Assembly: GCA_965178125.1 (NCBI GenBank)
Contig: OZ237777.1
Coordinates: 62,001-126,000, forward strand
Direction: 5' to 3'
DNA length: 64,000 nucleotides
From: Bilabrum cf. latius
Taxonomy: Eukaryota
Positions 1 to 12,650 of this stretch are shown piece after piece (positions within the stretch are counted from its first letter, which is position 1; each line of letters opens with the position of its first letter). Both the position numbers and the translations under genes were made by a program. The notes below the pieces were generated by a model. It did not search any database, was not told the DNA's origin, and worked only from the letters and a program-made list of their open reading frames with translations.

Positions 1-341
1 GACGCGGACCGAGTAGTGTGCATTGTGCAGGCCGCAGGCGGGCATCAGTTTGCAGGGGTACTCAGTGCCTGTGAGAGTGGCTCGAACCTGTGCACGGGTA
101 TACTGCACGAGTGTGAAGGAGGGTGAGCTTTGCTGACGCGACTCCATGAGATGTGTCCGTGCCTTTCACGTGGGCAGAAACTCGTAAAAAGGTAATTGCA
201 GGATCGTAGACACGAATCAGGCTGGCTAATGTGAGCCTGCACGTGCCCATGGCTCAGTCAAACGTCCGTGCAAGGGTACCTTGCACGAGTAAGGGTGAGG
301 CTGGCTTACATGAGCCTGCATGGGGTGTTTCCGTGCCTGTG

Positions 342-3020
342 TGTTATATGTACTCGAACATCAGGATTGAAGCAACGGGGAGCAGAGGTGAGACGGAAGA
401 CAAGGCGGGCGCAGTAGGACAGGAGCTGGAGAGGAACAAGAGGGGGACACCGGCACAGGCGACGACAGCACGGTGTCAACAGAGAGAACACCGCGTGGGA
501 CAGGGAGCTCCAGTTGCAAGGCACCAGCGAGATGCGGGTGGCAGCGGGCTGCACGGCCAGCAGCGCGCAGAGGACCAACAGGTGGGTGGACAGATGGGGC
601 GCACGGCAGGTCGGCCAGGACCGGCGCGTCCAAGCTGGAAGAGAATGGGGCCAAGGTGGGAATGCATGGAGCAAGGCACACGGCCCCTAGGGCGTCAGAC
701 CACGTGGGCGGGGCCCCGTGCACGTGCACGGGACTTCTGCACGGGACTTCTGCACGGGCGTGGGTGGTGGTGAGATACGCTGATGCAAGCCGGCACGGGC
801 CTCTCCCTGCCTGTCAAATGGATCGAAAGCCGTACAGGTGCTTTAGGTGCACGACGGGCAGCAGCGCGCAGAGGCCCAGCAACCGGATGCATGGATGGAC
901 GGACGGGCAGATGGATGGATGGATGGAAGCGGGGCCAGTTCCGGCGCGTCCAAGCTGGAAGAGAATGGGGCCAAGGTGGGAATGCATGGAGCAAGGCACA
1001 CGGCCCCTAGGGCGTCAGACCACGTGGGCGGGGCCCCGTGCACGTGCACGGGACTGCTGCACGGGACTTCTGCACGGGCGTGGGTGGTGGTGAGGTACGC
1101 TGATGCAAGCCGGCACGGGCCTCTCCCTGCCTGTCAAATGGATCGAAAGCCGTACAGGTGCACGAGCGGGGGGGGGGCGGTGAGGTACGCTGATGCGTTC
1201 CTGGGTGTCCGTGCCTGTCACAGCAACCCGTGCAGGGGCACGAGCAGCAGCGGTCCGATCCTTGCAGACCGAGATGCGCTTCGCACTCTACTGGCGGCAC
1301 CACTTTTGCACTGGGCGGATTGAATGATGGGTACTGTTGCTTCCTCCTTCCTTCCTGCTGCTGCATCTGGCCGCATACTGTCGGGCGTGTCTGACAAGGC
1401 TGTGACGGGCACGGTGACTGTGCGGTCTGGCGATGCGGCATCCGCGTCATCGGGCGCGGTGAGCCAGGCGTCGGGCGCGTCGACGAACGTGGTGTCTGGC
1501 GTGGTGACTGTGGACTCGGGCGCGGCGGTGTCGGCTGCATCGGGCTAGGGTTTTAGGTAGCGTGCTGCCTGGGTCTTCGTCGCTGGACTCGACGGGCGCA
1601 ATACTGTGGGCTCTGGCACGTCCGACGTGGATGGGAAGGGTGCGGTGACGAGCCAGTGGGTGCGGGCGACGGCCTGGCAGAGGACGTGCAGTGAAGGCAG
1701 GACATCCGCCGCAGCAGCTGCCGCTGCCTCAAACCAACCGCTCCGGCAACTGGAACGGCCTGGCACCGGCGGTTCTGTGCTTGTTGTGGTCTTGCAGTGG
1801 CATTTGGACCTTTCGAATTGAATTTGGATATGCGGATAAGGTGGGACGGTGGCCAATCGGCAATCGGCCGCTGACGTCCCCGTGCTGGCGCCGCAGCGGA
1901 ACCTCGTGAATGAGCCAAAAATTTGGCTCGGCCACGGGGACACACTTGCCTCAGCCGAATCAATGTATCTTTAAACTGGTTCTGCCGCAATTGCATGGGG
2001 TCGTGCCCGCGCGGAGTGTTCGGCTCGGGGGCCCGAGCACCTGCGCCCGAGCCGGAGGTTGGGCTCGTGCAGAGGCACCCTCCGCCAAACCCTAGGGTTT
2101 TCCTTTGTTTGCAGCTAGGGCACAGGTAACTTGTAATTAGCTATATATTTTACACCACTTTTGCACTGTGCTGATTGAATGATGGGTACTGTTGCTTCCT
2201 CCTTCCTTCCTGCTGCTGCATCTGGCCGCATACTGTCGGGCGTGTCTGACAAGGCTGTGACGGGCACGGTGACTGTGCGGTCTGGCGATGCGGCATCCGC
2301 GTCATCGGGCGCGGTGAGCCTGGCGTCGGGCGCGTCGACGAACGCGGTGTCTGGCGTGGTGACTGTGGACTCGGGCGCGGCGGTGTCGGCTGCATCGGGC
2401 TAGGGTTTTAGGTAGCGTGCTGCCTGGGTCTTCGTCGCTGGACTCGACGGGCGCAATACTGTGGGCTCTGGCACGTCCGACGTGGATGGGAAGGGTGCGG
2501 TGACGAGCCAGTGGGTGCGGGCGACGGCCTGGCAGAGGACGTGCAGTGAAGGCAGGACATCCGCCGCAGCAGCTGCCGCTGCCTCAAACCAACCGCTCCG
2601 GCAACTGGAACGGCCTGGCACCGGCGGTTCTGTGCTTGTTGTGGTCTTGCAGTGGCATTTGGACCTTTCGAATTGAATTTGGATATGTGGATAAGGTGGG
2701 ACGGTGGCCAATCGGCAATCGGCCGCTGACGTCCCCGCGCTGGCGCCGCGTGAATGAGCCAAAAATTTGGCTCGGCCACGGGGACACACTTGCCTCAGCC
2801 GAATCAATGTATATTTAAACTGGTTCTACCGTACAGGTGCACGAGCGGGGGGGGGGGGGGGGTGAGGTACGCTGATGCGTTCCTGGGTGTCCTTGCCTGT
2901 CACAGAATCCGTACAGGGCACGAGCAGCAGCGGTCCGATCATTGCAGACCGGGATGCGCTTCGCACTCCGCCGGCGGCACCACCTTTGCATTTTGCTGAT
3001 TGAAGGATGGGTACTGTTCA
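342..3020 (+). repeat. Composite repeat: a TGTTATATGTAC-starting LTR-like segment followed by rearranged, partly duplicated copies of the unit that is tandemly arrayed at 46991-52398
   Basis: 342-695 matches 45804-46147 and the reverse complement of ~6715-7054. Internal duplications: ~620-840 = ~940-1160 (320-bp offset) and ~1300-1985 = ~2155-2826 (855-bp offset). ~1300-2200 is nearly identical to ~47545-48445. Confidence 0.85.
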
Positions 3021-3264
3021 GTGAACACCGAGTACGGTCTCCACCCGCCACGGTCCCTGGCTCCCGATTCAGCAGTCCGACGCAGCGCAAGCGGATGCTA
3101 GTGTTTCGTCAATGTTCTTGCCCCCCGCCTACTTGCCAAGCTCCAGGTCGGCCACTCCGTGATGGGCAGGGCCTCACCCGGAGTAGGAGTGCGCCGCGCA
3201 TTCACTTCTAGTAGGTTCCGTAGGCAAATGGCAGGCAAGGGCAGGACAGCTTTCGTAGCTCCCA

Positions 3265-4746
3265 ATGCCTCGCGTCTGGCCCCTAACGGCCGCTCAAATA
3301 GATGCTTCTTTAAACGAGGTTAAGCAGCTGGTTTAGAACAAATCAAACCTACGGCTACTGCCAAAATCATCTGCGAATGCGGTTCGCCAGTACGAAATGA
3401 TTACCGGCGAGAAGGTGAATGGCCGCCTAAGAACCCTCTATGACGCCTATGTGTCGCGTCAGCTCGATAGGTTAGTCATGGAGATTGACAAGGAGCACAT
3501 AGGATCCCAACTACGTAGTTGCTTTGGCCACGCCAAAGAGCCCGCCTGCCGAGTGCGCATGATTGAAGACAGGGCAATCAGCTGCCAAGTATGCGGTAGA
3601 AAGTACGGAATATTCGAATGGTCGAATCTGAAAAAGAGTGCACACTATCATATCGATGGCCGGCGAGTCCCAGCGAGGGGATTGGAACGACAGGAACCCC
3701 GCGTCCATGGTGCTGCTAGCGATGGGACTCAATATGTACCCGGACAGAAACGTAGTCGCTCCGAACAGACCAGCAATGAGGACTAGGCTGTTGAACAAGT
3801 CGCCAAGTACCCCCGGGTCGGGGGTGCAGGCAGCGAGTCTCCCAGATCGCCGGGACCGAGCTTGAAGACGAGGCTTACTGCGGTGGTGCATGCCGCCTTA
3901 CCGGTTCTGAAAAGGTGTCATCCGGACATGATACTAGTACGTCTCCTCAAGGAGTATCGCAAGGCAGATGATGTGATAGATGATGACCCTGTCGCTTTCG
4001 AGGGCAGGATGGGCAGCGCAAGCCGGCTGTTGATGCTGTTGGTTCCAGAGCTGGCCTCGCAGGACACTGCATGGACGCCGGACATGCGCGCACTGTTGCA
4101 TTGCTTCCAGTTTCTGTTTGCTGGGAACCAGGAGGAATGGGAAGATATCTTTGTCGCGAGCATTCGGAAATGCTTGCCTTCATCACCGAGACGCCGAGGC
4201 AGGGTCCGGGCCCGACAGCAGCACCAGCACCAGCACCAGCACCAGCACCAGCACCAGCACCAGCACCAGCACCAGCACCAGCACCAGCACCAGCACCAGC
4301 ACCAGCACCAGCACCAGCACCAGCACCAGCACCAGCACCAGCACCAGCACCAGCACCAGCACCAGCACCAGCACCAGCACCAGCACCAGCACCAGCACCA
4401 GCACCAGCACCAGCACCAGCACCAGCACCAGTACCAGCCCCAGCACCAGTACCAGCACCAGCACCAGCACCAGCACCAGCACCAGCACCAGCACCAGCAC
4501 CAGCACCAGCACCAGCACCAGCACCAGCACCAGCACCAGCACCAGCACCAGCACCAGCACCAGCACCAGCACCAGCACCAGCACCAGCACCAGCACCAGC
4601 ACCAGCACCAGCACCAGCAGTGGCACCGACAGCGGCAGCAGCAGCCCCGAGTCTCTGGCAGACAAGCCGGTAGGGCCGCAGAGCCCGTCCGGGCAGTCGC
4701 CCCAGCGGCCGGCAACGGGAGTGAGGGATCCTGCAAGAGAGCATGA
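3265..4746 (+). CDS. Hypothetical Cys/His (zinc-finger-like) protein with a (Gln-His)n tract; continuous only if TAG is read as sense
   Basis: Track ORFs 3397-3786 and 3862-4746 are in the same frame. Starting at ATG 3265, the only internal stops are TAG 3334 and TAG 3784, and the frame ends at TGA 4744-4746. The motif SCQVCGRKYGIFEWSNLKKSAHYH is homologous to TCVCGR*WSLMEWSNMYKCMLNH at ~54105-54175. Confidence 0.55.
4219..4620 (+). repeat. (CAGCAC)n hexanucleotide microsatellite, about 66 units
   Basis: Near-perfect array. Variants are CAGTAC (4432, 4450) and one CAGCCC. Confidence 0.98.
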
Positions 4747-5668
4747 GCTCTGAGCAACGTGCTGACCGGGCCAGCTCGGCTCGTGGATCCATCGTCGTTG
4801 GCGCGATGCGGCTGCTGAACGCAGGCCTGGGCCCGGCGATGCCATATTGGGCCGGGGGGCATTGACGGCACCGCGCTACAGGTCACTATTATCCGATGGA
4901 CCTGCAGGATGGATGCCCCTTTCAGCTGCATGAGGCGGTGGTGGTCGACGATGCACCCGCTCAAGGAGTTGGCCTACACGACGGGTGAAGCTGAGCTAGC
5001 TCAACTGGCTGTGGGACCTGCAAACCGCTCTCTGGAAGACATACAATGGCAAAGAGCCGGCGATGTGGACAAGTACCAGAATCGTAAGTAGATGGGCGAT
5101 GCCGATCCCATGCCCCGGGCCTTCACGGGGTCAATCGAGAACAGGAGGATGTCAAAGCATGACCGAGTCGCTGTCGCGTATCATCTATCTGGACTGGGGC
5201 TACGTGCGGGATAGGCAGTAGTGCAAGCTTGCAGAGATCTGCGGGGTGGAAGAGCTGGACATGCACGGCCCAAGTCCACCATCCCCGACGGAGGCAGGGC
5301 AGCCATCTACCTGAGGCGCGACATGGGTGAGTACCACGGGTACTCTGTGGAAGAAGGCCGTGGCTCACGGCAACAAGCACACCTAGGTGCAGGGCGAATT
5401 GGGAATGCTTTTTAGCACGGGAAGCGGTGAGAGCCTTGAGAACCAGGTGCCCGCACTGGACAGGCCAGCGGGCTCGAGGTGGACGTGAGGGTGGCTGACT
5501 TTCTCAGCGACTGAACCGATGGGCCGGTGTACATTACGCGGTACACACCGGGCAATATCAAGGCTGACGTCTCGGATCAGTAGCACATTTGGTAGGACCA
5601 TCGCCGAGGTTCGCGTGTGCCGGCCCATGCCGGGCCCTAGCCCAGATTCCTAGATTCCTATCTGAGGG

Positions 5669-5824
5669 GCTAATTTTGGTCAAAATGACAAATTTAGGCA
5701 CATATAATAAATAATCTATTAATAATTAAGTTAATTTGCGCAATTAAAGGTCCCTACGCAAGTCTTGATACACCTATTTGGAAACCTCAATTCTGGCTTT
5801 TACAATCCTAGATCGTACAGTGTT
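5669..5824 (+). repeat. AT-rich block homologous (inverted) to 57018-57174; probable 3'/terminal region of a large degraded element
   Basis: gctaattttggtcaaaatgacaaatttaggcacatataataaataatctattaataattaagttaatttgcgcaatta aligns with the reverse complement gctaaatttggtcaatactataaatttagacatatatactgaataatttattattaatttagttagttggcgcaatta. Both continue to gatcgtacWgtgtt. Confidence 0.75.
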
Positions 5825-6532
5825 AAACCTTTAGACTTGTATAATATCAATGCTTAATTATGGTTCACCCATCAAACACCACAAATGGCCCTATTCCATC
5901 CTTAAATAGATACAGAGCCACTTACACATAGTTGATACTGGTAGAGTGTCACGTTGTGTGAAGGCCTTGTGTGCTACTTGTGTGCAGACACCGCGGGCTC
6001 GTTGCCTCTACGCTTCATGCGTCCTCCTCCGTGTCCAACCACATACGCCATCGCCCTCAGAGGATTGCTACATTCGTATACATTGCATGATGCACCAGTA
6101 CCAAGTATTGCGGCTGCCCACGTCCCGCAATAGGCCGGATACCACAGTTAGCCAGGTACTTCCAAGCCATGCAGCCTCGACCTTGGCCAATGCTGATGTT
6201 GCACAGCGAGGCGTGTACGCGTTCATCCAGCCCTCCATGAAGGCGCAACACACGTAATGCTGGTGCTCTATCCTTGTACTACGTCTGCAACACGTACACA
6301 GACGCTGCGCGCTGTCTGCTACATGCGCTACGTGGTACCTGCAAGCCATGCAGCCTCGACCTTGGCCAATGCTGATGTTGCACAGCGAGGCGTGTACGCG
6401 TTCATCCAGCCGTCCATGAAGGCGCAACACACGTAATGCTGGTGCTCTATCCTTGCACTACGTCTGCAACACGTACACAGACGCTGCGCGCTGTCTGCTA
6501 CATGCGCTACGTGGTACTTCCAAACCATGCAG

Positions 6533-7054
6533 TTACCAAAAAGAAAAATTCCTGCCCCCGGTCCCGCGGACCCACTGGGCTTCACCCCGAACGACTGGTT
6601 CTTCACCGGTCCACCTGAATGCGGTATTCATCTGACACTACGAATGTACACACCACTTTCCCCATGCACCCGACTGGCCTCGTCGCCACATGGCTTCCTG
6701 TTCCTGTTCCCCGCCCTAGGGACCGTGTGCTTTGCTCCCAGCATCGCCACCTTGGCCCTATCCTTTAAGCTTGCACGCGCCGGTCCTGGCCGACCTGCCG
6801 TGCGCCCCATCTGTCCACCCAACTGTTGGCCTTCTGCGTGCTGCTGGCCATGCAGTCCGCTGCCACCCGCGTCTCCCTCGTGCCTTGCACCTGGAGCCCC
6901 CATTCCTCCCGTTGTGTTCTCCCTGTTGACACCGCACTGTCGTCGCCTGTGCCGGTGTCCCCCTCTTCGTCTCCACCTCCTGTCCTCCCGCCTCGTCTTC
7001 CGTCTCACCTCTGCTCCCCGTTGCTTCAATCCTGATGTCCGAGTACATATAACA
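6533..7054 (-). mobile_element. ~520-bp solo-LTR-like dispersed element inserted in the 179-bp satellite
   Basis: On the minus strand it reads TGTTATATGTAC...GGTAAC (TGTTA/TAAC termini). The same 5' end occurs at 342 and 45804. It replaces about 9 bp of a satellite unit and I see no TSD. Confidence 0.55.
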
Positions 7055-10000
7055 TGGCCAATGCTGATGTTGCACAGCGAGGCGTGTACGCGTTCATCCA
7101 GCCGTCCATGAAGGCGCAACACACGTAATGCTGGTGCTCTATCCTTGTACTACGTCTGCAACACGTACACAGACGCTGCGCGCTGTCTGCTACATGCGCT
7201 ACGTGGTACTTCCAAACCATGCAGCCTCGACCTTGGCCAATGCAGATGTTGCACAGCGAGGCGTGTACGCGTTCATCCAGCCGTCCATGAAGGCGCAACA
7301 CACGTAATGCTGGTGCTCTATCCTTGCAATACGTCTGCAACACGTACACAGACGCTGCGCGCTGTCTGCTACATGCGCTACGTGGTACTTCCAAACCATG
7401 CAGCCTCGACCTTGGCCAATGCAGATGTTGCACAGCGAGGCGTGTACGCGTTCATCCAGCCGTCCATGAAGGCGCAACACACGTAATGCTGGTGCTCTAT
7501 CCTTGTACTACGTCTGCAACACGTACACAGACGCTGCGCGCTGTCTGCTACATGCGCAACGTGGTACCTGCAAGCCATGCAGCCTCGACCTTGGCCAATG
7601 CTGATGTTGCACAGCGAGGCGTGTACGCGTTCATCCAGCCGTCCATGAAGGCGCAACACACGTAATGCTGGTGCTCTATCCTTGCAATACGTCTGCAACA
7701 CGTACACAGACGCTGCGCGCTGTCTGCTACATGCGCTACGTGGTACTTCCAAACCATGCAGCCTCGACCTTGGCCAATGCAGATGTTGCACAGCGAGGCG
7801 TGTACGCGTTCATCCAGCCCTCCATGAAGGCGAAACACACGTAATGCTGGTGCTCTATCCTTGCAATACGTCTGCAACACGTACACAGACGCTGCGCGCT
7901 GTCTGCTACATGCGTAACGTGGTACCTGCAAGCCATGCAGCCTCGACCTTGGCCAATGCTGATGTTGCACAGCGAGGCGTGTACGCGTTCATCCAGCCCT
8001 CCATGAAGGCGCAACACACGTAATGCTGGTGCTCTATCCTTGCAATACGTCTGCAACACGTACACAGACGCTGCGCGCTGTCTGCTACATGCGCTACGTG
8101 GTACTTCCAAACCATGCAGCCTCGACCTTGGCCAATGCTGATGTTGCACAGCGAGGCGTGTACGCGTTCATCCAGCCCTCCATGAAGGCGCAACACACGT
8201 AATGCTGGTGCTCTATCCTTGCAATACGTCTGCAACACGTACACAGACGCTGCGCGCTGTCTGCTACATGCGCTACGTGGTACTTCCAAACCATGCAGCC
8301 TCGACCTTGGCCAATGCTGATGTTGCACAGCGAGGCGTGTACGCGTTCATCCAGCCCTCCATGAAGGCGCAACACACGTAATGCTGGTGCTCTATCCTTG
8401 CAATACGTCTGCAACACGTACACAGACGCTGCGCGCTGTCTGCTACATGCGCAACGTGGTACCTGCAAGCCATGCAGCCTCGACCTTGGCCAATGCAGAT
8501 GTTGCACAGCGAGGCGTGTACGCGTTCATCCAGCCCTCCATGAAGGCGCAACACACGTAATGCTGGTGCTCTATCCTTGCAATACGTCTGCAACACGTAC
8601 ACAGACGCTGCGCGCTGTCTGCTACATGCGCTACGTGGTACTTCCAAACCATGCAGCCTCGACCTTGGCCAATGCTGATGTTGCACAGCGAGGCGTGTAC
8701 GCGTTCATCCAGCCGTCCATGAAGGCGCAACACACGTAATGCTGGTGCTCTATCCTTGCAATACGTCTGCAACACGTACACAGACGCTGCGCGCTGTCCG
8801 CTACATGCGCTACGTGGTACCTGCAAGCCATGCAGCCTCGACCTTGGCCAATGCAGATGTTGCACAGCGAGGCGTGTACGCGTTCATCCAGCCCTCCATG
8901 AAGGCGCAACACACGTAATGCTGGTGCTCTATCCTTGCAATACGTCTGCAACACGTACACAGACGCTGCGCGCTGTCCGCTACATGCGCTACGTGGTACC
9001 TGCAAGCCATGCAGCCTCGACCTTGGCCAATGCAGATGTTGCACAGCGAGGCGTGTACGCGTTCATCCAGCCCTCCATGAAGGCGCAACACACGTAATGC
9101 TGGTGCTCTATCCTTGCAATACGTCTGCAACACGTACACAGACGCTGCGCGCTGTCTGCTACATGCGCAACGTGGTACCTGCAAGCCATGCAGCCTCGAC
9201 CTTGGCCAATGCTGATGTTGCACAGCGAGGCGTGTACGCGTTCATCCAGCCCTCCATGAAGGCGCAACACACGTAATGCTGGTGCTCTATCCTTGCAATA
9301 CGTCTGCAACACGTACACAGACGCTGCGCGCTGTCCGCTACATGCGCAACGTGGTACCTGCAAGCCATGCAGCCTCGACCTTGGCCAATGCAGATGTTGC
9401 ACAGCGAGGCGTGTACGCGTTCATCCAGCCCTCCATGAAGGCGCAACACACGTAATGCTGGTGCTCTATCCTTGCAATACGTCTGCAACACGTACACAGA
9501 CGCTGCGCGCTGTCCGCTACATGCGCTACGTGGTACCTGCAAGCCATGCAGCCTCGACCTTGGCCAATGCTGATGTTGCACAGCGAGGCGTGTACGCGTT
9601 CATCCAGCCCTCCATGAAGGCGCAACACACGTAATGCTGGTGCTCTATCCTTGCACTACGTCTGCAACACGTACACAGACGCTGCGCGCTGTCTGCTACA
9701 TGCGCAACGTGGTACCTGCAAGCCATGCAGCCTCGACCTTGGCCAATGCTGATGTTGCACAGCGAGGCGTGTACGCGTTCATCCAGCCCTCCATGAAGGC
9801 GCAACACACGTAATGCTGGTGCTCTATCCTTGCAATACGTCTGCAACACGTACACAGACGCTGCGCGCTGTCTGCTACATGCGCTACGTGGTACTTCCAA
9901 ACCATGCAGCCTCGACCTTGGCCAATGCAGATGTTGCACAGCGAGGCGTGTACGCGTTCATCCAGCCCTCCATGAAGGCGCAACACACGTAATGCTGGTG

Positions 10001-10251
10001 CTCTATCCTTGCAATACGTCTGCAACACGTACACAGACGCTGCGCGCTGTCTGCTACATGCGCAACGTGGTACCTGCAAGCCATGCAGCCTCGACCTTGG
10101 CCAATGCTGATGTTGCACAGCGAGGCGTGTACGCGTTCATCCAGCCGTCCATGAAGGCGCAACACACGTAATGCTGGTGCTCTATCCTTGCAATACGTCT
10201 GCAACACGTACACAGACGCTGCGCGCTGTCCGCTACATGCGCTACGTGGTA

Positions 10252-12061
10252 CGGTAAGACTTGGGATCAGGCCCGACTGATTCCGAGTCGTTCGGGTCCT
10301 GGTTTGTGCTCCCGAGGCACTTCCCTTGAGGCAAGTGCTCGAGTGGAGGCTGAGACGCAACACGCAGCGCCACAGATATAAAGATCTGGGCACTGGAGTT
10401 CTGTTGAAAGGTGGTGCCCACGAATTCTCTGGAATTTACCGACTGTTGGCCACCGACGGGTCCGAAATGCCAACACTCACGCTGCAACTCAACGCCATGC
10501 GTACTCGCCTGCTTAGCGTATCACTCTTAGTGCGAATGTTGGTTTGAACTATTAACGAACTATTGGAGGGCGTACAAAGTGCGGCCGGTAGCGAGTTCCC
10601 GGGGTATCTGAAGTTAACCGCAAAATTTTGACCCGGCTCGTGCCGCATCCGTGACGGCCTGGGAGCCGCAGCCGCAGCCAAGCTTACCTTTTGTGGATGC
10701 AAGGAAGCACTAGCGGAACCGGAATGCGCGTATAAGTCATGCGAGACCGCGGACCAGGCACAGCAACGCCGGCGAGATCATTTTCTCGTCAGCATGGCTC
10801 CCACTCTAGTTCTCTTCACAGAAATGAGCTCGAAACCACGGCCACAGGCGGTAGCAGCCATGGTCGACTCTTTCCCTAAGCTAGGGCGGTCCGCCGAAGG
10901 CGACGAGTCGCCACTGATGGTGCGGGTGTTCCGGTGGACCATGCTCGACGGCACGCCAACAGGTGCGCAGCTAGCGTGCGACCTCCTCCAGATGACGGCG
11001 ATGCGGCACCTCATCAGCCTGCAGAACGCGGCAATAACTGGGGCAGTGGATACGGCGGCAGCCACCGGGTGGCCGAGGCGAACGGCACCCACGGAGTAGG
11101 CGCCCGGCGGGCCTGACGTGTCGAGCACGGACGCCGTAGAGCTGGAGGACATCAAACCGTAGTGCTGGAGGAGGCCCAGCTCGTGAAGTATCTGGTGGCT
11201 GCCAGCCTCGAGCTCTCCGCATCGTGGAACTTCTCAATCGCGCAGGAGAAGGCGGAGGCAGCGGCGCCCGGTGCAGGAAGTGGCGCAAGGAGAGTGCTCC
11301 GACGTCGCCGCGCCACTACTCCGGTAGCGGCAGCAGTGGGGTACCCTCGGGCGCTGAGGTTGTAGCTGGATCAAGCAGGAGAGCGTGACCTACACCCGTG
11401 CGCCAGATTCCGCTGCTGAACGTGCCAAGGCGACGCTGGCTGCCAGACGTGGGGCCAGCCGCATCGCCGCGACACAAGTACTTGGCCGGGGCGGGGCCTC
11501 AGGTAGTGCTTCTTCGTCATCGTCTTCCAGCTCCGTTCCTAGAAGGGATATAGCCGACAGTAGGGGGAAAGATGGGCCTGGACTCACACTCCTACCGTCG
11601 AGCGGGTCCCACGCTGGGGTGGCTGTGCGGCACTTACGGGCCCCGCCCAGCTCTGCTTTGCGTACAACCGATCAACTCTCGGGAGACCTATTGGCTGCCT
11701 CTCCTTCAGCCCCGGATGTGCGTCTGCCCTCTTATAGGGCAGATCTGCCGGGGCCTCGGGGGTTGACGCCGTAGGCTCTATTCAACGAGGGCTCGCCGGT
11801 GGGAAACAGGCAGAGGTATCTGATGGGGATGACGACGAGGGGGCAGCAGACTCTGCGGCTGGTGAGAGCCGAGCACATCGTGGTGTAGACTCTGCGGCTG
11901 GTGAGTGCAGCGCCGGTGTGGGGCTGCCGAGGCGGGCAGCCCTTGGGTGAGGCTGGTGCGGGCCAGCTCACCCCGTCCCCATCGCCGTCTTTCTCAGCAA
12001 ATACCAACCGGCAGGTTGGACAGAGATTAATTATGCCATCGTATTATAACAAATCGGGACC
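10252..12061 (+). mobile_element. Internally deleted, non-autonomous Ngaro-type (YR retrotransposon) copy: A repeat, ORF1 region, B repeat
   Basis: 10252-11914 appears identical to 21549-23211, then jumps to repeat B (11915-12061). The flanks rejoin as the satellite sequence gtggta^cttccaagcc with no TSD. Confidence 0.88.
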
Positions 12062-12337
12062 CTTCCAAGCCATGCAGCCTCGACCTTGGCCAATGCAGAT
12101 GTTGCACAGCGAGGCGTGTACGCGTTCATCCAGCCCTCCATGAAGGCGCAACACACGTAATGCTGGTGCTCTATCCTTGCAATACGTCTGCAACACGTAC
12201 ACAGACGCTGCGCGCTGTCTGCTACATGCGCAACGTGGTACCTGCAAGCCATGCAGCCTCGACCTTGGCCAATGCAGATGTTGCACAGCGAGGCGTGTAC
12301 GCGTTCATCCAGCCCTCTATGAAGGCGCAACACACGT

Positions 12338-12650
12338 ACGGACATGGCCCGTGGGCACGTCATCGGCCCAGAACGTCACATTCACTGACGCCTACGTATT
12401 GCAGCGTCTCTCTGTTTGTGCACAGATGTAGTGTAAACAAGGGGAGGGCTAGAGTCAGGAACCACTGCGCCAGCCTTCATGTTCCTTGCGGCCAGCACTG
12501 GTGCAGGACTCGCACGGACATGGCCCGTGGGCACGTCATCGGCCCAGAACGTCACATTCACTGACGCCTACGTATTGCAGCGTCTCTCTGTTCGTCCGAA
12601 GAAGTAGTGTAAACAAGGGCAGGGCTAGAGTCAGGACCCACTGCGCCAGC
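12338..12650. repeat. Two-copy ~176-bp tandem duplication abutting the 179-bp satellite
   Basis: gacatggcccgtgggcacgtcatcggcccagaacgtcac...ccactgcgccagc starts at 12341 and 12517. Confidence 0.9.

Larger units (their letters stand above)
6155..12338. repeat. 179-bp tandem satellite, about 21 units, interrupted by two insertions (6533-7054 and 10252-12061)
   Basis: The unit ...ccatgcagcctcgaccttggccaatgcWgatgttgcacagcgaggcg... recurs every 179 bp with high identity. Two linked variants occur: gtacttccaaacc and gtacctgcaagcc. Confidence 0.97.

Noticed and set aside
1545-2100. Telomeric repeat tract (ctagggttttagg, aaaccctagggttt)
   Set aside because: There are only one or two imperfect units within a dispersed repeat, not an array.
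3918-4964. Poly-CW, poly-GA, poly-ST and poly-LV ORFs
   Set aside because: They are alternative frames of the CAGCAC microsatellite.
6057-10393. Repeated 113-140-aa ORFs in the 179-bp satellite
   Set aside because: They are periodic products of the repeat on both strands, with no protein-like features.
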